A stretch of DNA of 10,376 nucleotides from a virus (taxonomy: Duplodnaviria; Heunggongvirae; Uroviricota; Caudoviricetes), in IMG/VR virus record IMGVR_UViG_2778261657_000004; one strand, given 5' to 3'. Position 1 is the stretch's first letter. The number at the start of each line of letters is the position of its first letter. The notes beneath the pieces are model-generated. The model was not told the origin of the DNA and made no database searches. It saw nothing but the letters and a program-made list of their open reading frames with translations. Of the stretch, positions 7,764 through 10,376 are shown one piece after another. Position numbers and translations under genes: made by a program.

Positions 7764-8688
7764 TGATTTTTGCGCCTTTATTCTGACTCACGGGCGACCG
7801 GACAAAGTTCTGACTTACCGGACGTTGCGTCGTGCTGGCTATACCGGGAAAATTTTTATCGTTGTTGATGATGAAGATAAGACACGGCATCAGTACATGG
7901 CTGAATTTGGTGAACAGGTGCTGGTGTTTTCCAAAGCCGATATCGCCAGTCGTTTTGACGAAGCCGATAATTTCTGTGACCGCCGCTCAATTTTTTACGC
8001 CCGTAATGCCTGTTTCGACCAGGCAAAACTGGTCGGGTGTAAATACTTCATTCAGCTCGATGATGATTATCACGAGTTCCAGTTTCGGGTGGATCGCAAC
8101 TATGACCAGGCCTATTTTCCGATAAGGAAACTGGATGCGATCCTTTCTGAAATGCTGGCGTACTACGAATCAATACCTGCTCTTTCCATCGCTATGTCGC
8201 AGGGAGGGGATTTTCTTGGTGACAATGGCGGCCATGCTTCGTGGGTGAAACGCAAGGCAATGAACAGCTTTATCTGTTCGGTTGATCGACCGTTCTCATT
8301 CATGGGGCGCATTAACGAGGATGTGAATACGTACACGAATCTCGGTCGCTGTGGTGAATTGTTTATGACGATCGGTGCTGTCCAGTTAGGGCAGAAACAG
8401 ACGCAGAAAAACAGCGGCGGAATGACCGAGCTGTATCTGGATTCCGGAACCTACGTTAAAAGTTTTTACTCCGTCATGTATGCGCCGTCGTGCGTAAAAA
8501 TCTCACTGATGGGTGCCAGCCATAAACGCATTCACCATCAGGTCACCTGGAACAACGCTGCAGTAAAAATCCTTCACGAAAAATACAGGAAGAAGACACC
8601 CTGCATATCAATGGGGGTGACAAATGATTCCGTATTCGAAAGTCGAGTCTCTGGCAGCGTGCCGGATGACTGCACAACAAATCGCTGA
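7756..8688 (+). CDS. Hypothetical prophage protein (~310 aa) with GT-A-like motif pattern (possible nucleotide-sugar transferase fold); function unknown
   Basis: ATG at 7756 is preceded by the GAGGAGGAGG purine run and overlaps the upstream stop (ATGCGTGA). The N-terminus has a beta-alpha-beta pattern AFILTHGRPDK...GKIFIVVDDEDK, with a DxD-like YFIQLDDDY about 60 residues later, spacing typical of GT-A glycosyltransferases. There is no Walker A motif. This is inference from motifs only. Confidence 0.6.
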   Translation: MRDDFCAFILTHGRPDKVLTYRTLRRAGYTGKIFIVVDDEDKTRHQYMAEFGEQVLVFSKADIASRFDEADNFCDRRSIFYARNACFDQAKLVGCKYFIQLDDDYHEFQFRVDRNYDQAYFPIRKLDAILSEMLAYYESIPALSIAMSQGGDFLGDNGGHASWVKRKAMNSFICSVDRPFSFMGRINEDVNTYTNLGRCGELFMTIGAVQLGQKQTQKNSGGMTELYLDSGTYVKSFYSVMYAPSCVKISLMGASHKRIHHQVTWNNAAVKILHEKYRKKTPCISMGVTNDSVFESRVSGSVPDDCTTNR

Positions 8689-8908
8689 CGTTCTGGATGT
8701 TGATCTGAACCGACTGAAAGAAAATCGGGAAGCCGCGTGGGAAATCTGGAGTAAAACACTGACTGGAGAAACAGTTCCGTTCAGCTTCACGCTTTCGAAT
8801 GGAGAGGGGGCATACACTTTCAGTTTCCCGAAGGTTCAGGTGTCAGGTGAATGGCCTGATGGGGGTAATAGCGACATTATCAGAAGTGGAACGGCACAGC
8901 CTGGGTGA
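8624..8908 (+). CDS. Hypothetical 94-aa protein or remnant of an unidentified phage gene
   Basis: ORF with SD GGGGGTG 5 nt upstream of ATG 8624. It overlaps the 3' end of the preceding gene by 65 nt in another frame. The N-terminus has a helix-turn-helix-like stretch ([20 protein letters not shown]). Its TGA stop overlaps the GTG that opens the tfa fragment. No family assigned. Confidence 0.3.
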   Translation: MIPYSKVESLAACRMTAQQIADVLDVDLNRLKENREAAWEIWSKTLTGETVPFSFTLSNGEGAYTFSFPKVQVSGEWPDGGNSDIIRSGTAQPG

Positions 8909-9138
8909 AGGATACGGAAGCAGAAAAACTGTTCCGGATCCGGGAGGCGGAAGAAACAAAAAAAAGCCTGATGCAGGTAGCCAGTGAGCATATTGCGCCG
9001 CTTCAGGATGCTGCAGATCTGGAAATTGCAACGGAGGAAGAAATCTCGTTGCTGGAAGCATGGAAAAAGTATCGGGTATTGCTGAACCGTGTTGATACGT
9101 CAACTGCACAGGATATTGAATGGCCAGCACTGCCGTAG
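8881..9138 (+). pseudogene. tfaR: Tail fibre assembly protein (TfaR-like), 3' fragment only
   Basis: Frame reads [86 protein letters not shown], the conserved C-terminus of lambdoid Tfa proteins. The frame is closed by TAG at 8869-8871 immediately upstream, so the N-terminal ~100 codons and the whole stf gene are absent. Confidence 0.75.
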
Positions 9139-9235
9139 GGTAAAACATATAAATTCTATAATTAGATGTATCTTTCCATTTACGGCAAGGAAGGGGGCTT
9201 GGAAGACGTAAAGCATCTCACACCGAGATTATTTT

Positions 9236-9826
9236 TTATATGTCAGGTGTCTGAAGTTTTGCTTTGGCTCTTAAAATGGTTTGCCGCGAGGTTTTGAATT
9301 CCCGGGCAATGGCACTTATACTTACACCTGACTTAATTCGTTCGAATACCACCTGTTTCTGTTCTTCATTTAACACAGGTGGTCGACCAAAACGTTTCCC
9401 TGCGCCGCGGGCTCTTACTATCCCGGAATGAGTGCGTTCAAGTAAAAGGTCTCGTTCAAATTCAGCGACTGCTGAAATTACTTGCATCATCATTTTTCCT
9501 GTTGGACTGGTCAGGTCAATGCCAGCCAATGCTAAGCAATGCACTCTGATACCTGTTTCGGTCAGTTGTTCCACTGTTTTCCTGATATCCATTGCATTAC
9601 AACCAAGGCGATCCAGTTTTGTCACAATCAATTGATCACCACATTTCAGGCGAGCAAGCAACCGGTTAAAACCAGGACGCTCACTGGTTGCTGCTGAGCC
9701 GCTAATGTGTTCTTCGATTATTTGCTGAGGTTTGATTTTAAAACCTGCACTTTCGATTTCCCGGCGTTGATTTTCGGTGGTCTGATCCAGCGTTGATATC
9801 CGACAGTAAGCAAAAATTCGAGACAT
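9236..9826 (-). CDS. pinR: Serine recombinase / DNA invertase (Pin/Hin/Gin family), PinR-like
   Basis: 196-aa translation [29 protein letters not shown]... has the catalytic serine in the N-terminal YCRISTLDQ motif and a C-terminal HTH ([20 protein letters not shown]). It lies next to the tfa remnant as in Rac and e14. Confidence 0.94.
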   Translation of the reverse strand: MSRIFAYCRISTLDQTTENQRREIESAGFKIKPQQIIEEHISGSAATSERPGFNRLLARLKCGDQLIVTKLDRLGCNAMDIRKTVEQLTETGIRVHCLALAGIDLTSPTGKMMMQVISAVAEFERDLLLERTHSGIVRARGAGKRFGRPPVLNEEQKQVVFERIKSGVSISAIAREFKTSRQTILRAKAKLQTPDI

Positions 9827-9963
9827 AGTGAGACTCTATACGAAATTGGTGTTCATATCATAATGCATCTCAGAAAATAATTATGATTATTTTTGTGCAT
9901 ATTTGTATGTACACGTTCGAAAATAAACGAATGCGTATGCAACCCCGTAATTTTGGTGAGACC

Positions 9964-9977
9964 CAAAATCGATTTTG
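9964..9977. promoter_or_regulatory. Perfect 14-bp palindrome CAAAATCGATTTTG in the pinR upstream intergenic region; candidate protein-binding site
   Basis: Exact dyad symmetry read directly from the sequence at 9964-9977, about 140 bp upstream of the pinR start in the 316-bp pinR/ynaE intergenic region. Function is not known. Confidence 0.3.
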
Positions 9978-10142
9978 TGAAAAATGGCTTTAACTCGGTT
10001 TGTTTTTCGAGTTCCGGGCGGACTCAAGGAAGAAGAATAGTGTTGCGTGTTATTTTAACCAGATTTCAAGTTGTTTGGTCGTGGAAAAGTGGAGCAAAAT
10101 GTTGTTAAAGTGGAAAAATGATAAAAAAGTAAGTTTATTATA

Positions 10143-10376
10143 TTACATTTTACCATTTAAATTTTGGTTGTCTTTAAGAACTGATATCGCTGTTTGTAAT
10201 AATTCTTTGTTATCCAGCCATGATTTTTTCTTTATGTTTCCTTCAATGTAATCAAGCAATGTTCTGGTATTGATAGGTCTTCCCTGTTTTGCTACTTCCA
10301 CTACAGCATTCCCTAGGATAATTCTTACTTCAGGAAGCTGCGCAGGGAACCACTTTAGGGTGTCTTTTGATTTCAT
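10143..10376 (-). CDS. ynaE: Small prophage protein YnaE (YdfK/YnaE family, cold-shock-induced family in K-12)
   Basis: 77-aa ORF with its ATG at the very end of the window (10374-10376). The translation MKSKDTLKWFPAQLPEVRIILGNAVVEVAKQGRPINTRTLLDYIEGNIKKKSWLDNKELLQTAISVLKDNQNLNGKM matches my recollection of Rac YnaE. Confidence 0.78.
   Translation of the reverse strand: MKSKDTLKWFPAQLPEVRIILGNAVVEVAKQGRPINTRTLLDYIEGNIKKKSWLDNKELLQTAISVLKDNQNLNGKM

Larger units (their letters stand above)
1..10376. mobile_element. Rac-like cryptic (defective) lambdoid prophage, strongly deleted; window spans integrase end to pinR/ynaE end
   Basis: Gene content and order int-xis-ydaC-ralR-recT-recE ... R-Rz/Rz1-trkG-ParB-like ... 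tfa fragment-pinR-ynaE, read from the ORF translations. No immunity, replication, head or tail genes lie between them. Confidence 0.8.

Noticed and set aside
7142-8817. Antisense and out-of-frame ORFs inside the ParB-like and GT-A-like genes (7142..7348, 7308..7736, 8574..8759, 8608..8817 on minus; 7832..8125 on plus)
   Set aside because: Embedded in stronger genes, Arg/Ser-rich low-complexity translations, no RBS.
8958-8965. A8 homopolymer tract inside the tfa fragment, considered as a frameshift or slippage site
   Set aside because: In the Tfa frame it simply encodes ...ETKKS..., which matches the conserved Tfa sequence, so there is no evidence of a frameshift here.
8799-9148. ORFs 8799..8987 (plus) and 8843..9148 (minus) across the tfa fragment
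   Set aside because: Out of frame or antisense relative to the recognisable Tfa C-terminus; Pro/Gly-rich nonsense translations.
9214-9237. Short hairpin CATCTC-ACACC-GAGAT followed by TATTTTTTAT between the tfa fragment and pinR, considered as an intrinsic terminator
   Set aside because: The stem is only 5 bp and AT-rich, so predicted stability is poor. The T-run overlaps the pinR stop codon and may simply be AT-rich spacer.
9432-9635. 67-aa plus-strand ORF inside pinR, and an AACCGGTT palindrome near 9659 considered as a recombination enhancer or gix-like site
   Set aside because: The ORF is antisense to a strongly supported gene. The palindrome is only 8 bp and lacks the extended 12-bp half-sites of hix/gix sites.
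9893-10251. Plus-strand ORFs 9893..10108 and 10000..10251 in the pinR-ynaE spacer
   Set aside because: No RBS, Cys/Ser-rich low-complexity translations, and the second runs antisense into ynaE. The spacer is more plausibly regulatory.
1-10376. Search for tRNA or rRNA genes, CRISPR repeats, IS elements with terminal inverted repeats, and att core repeats
   Set aside because: No cloverleaf-like tRNA candidates, no regularly spaced direct repeats and no transposase-like ORFs were seen. The attachment site next to int would lie left of position 1, outside the window.

Overview
This 10.4-kb window reads as a heavily deleted, Rac-like cryptic lambdoid prophage of an Escherichia/Shigella-type genome. 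On the minus strand, left to right: integrase (its 3' end at the window start), excisionase, a ydaC-like small gene, the RalR/Lar restriction-alleviation toxin, RecT, and a 5'-truncated RecE. Divergently on the plus strand: an orphan lysis cassette (possible holin 3' remnant, lambda-R-type endolysin, Rz with embedded Rz1), the AT-rich moron trkG, a translationally coupled pair (full-length ParB-like nuclease-domain protein plus a ~310-aa protein with a GT-A-like motif pattern), a 94-aa ORF of unknown function, and a 3' fragment of a tail-fibre assembly gene. The window ends with pinR invertase and ynaE on the minus strand. No rRNA, tRNA, CRISPR array or IS element was seen. The best candidate for an undescribed system is the ParB-like/GT-A-like two-gene module; the sbcA-like truncated recE and the promoterless, holin-less lysis cassette are also worth a second look. 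All homology statements come from reading the translations against remembered protein families; no database search or computation was run, and gene symbols follow E. coli K-12 Rac nomenclature from memory.
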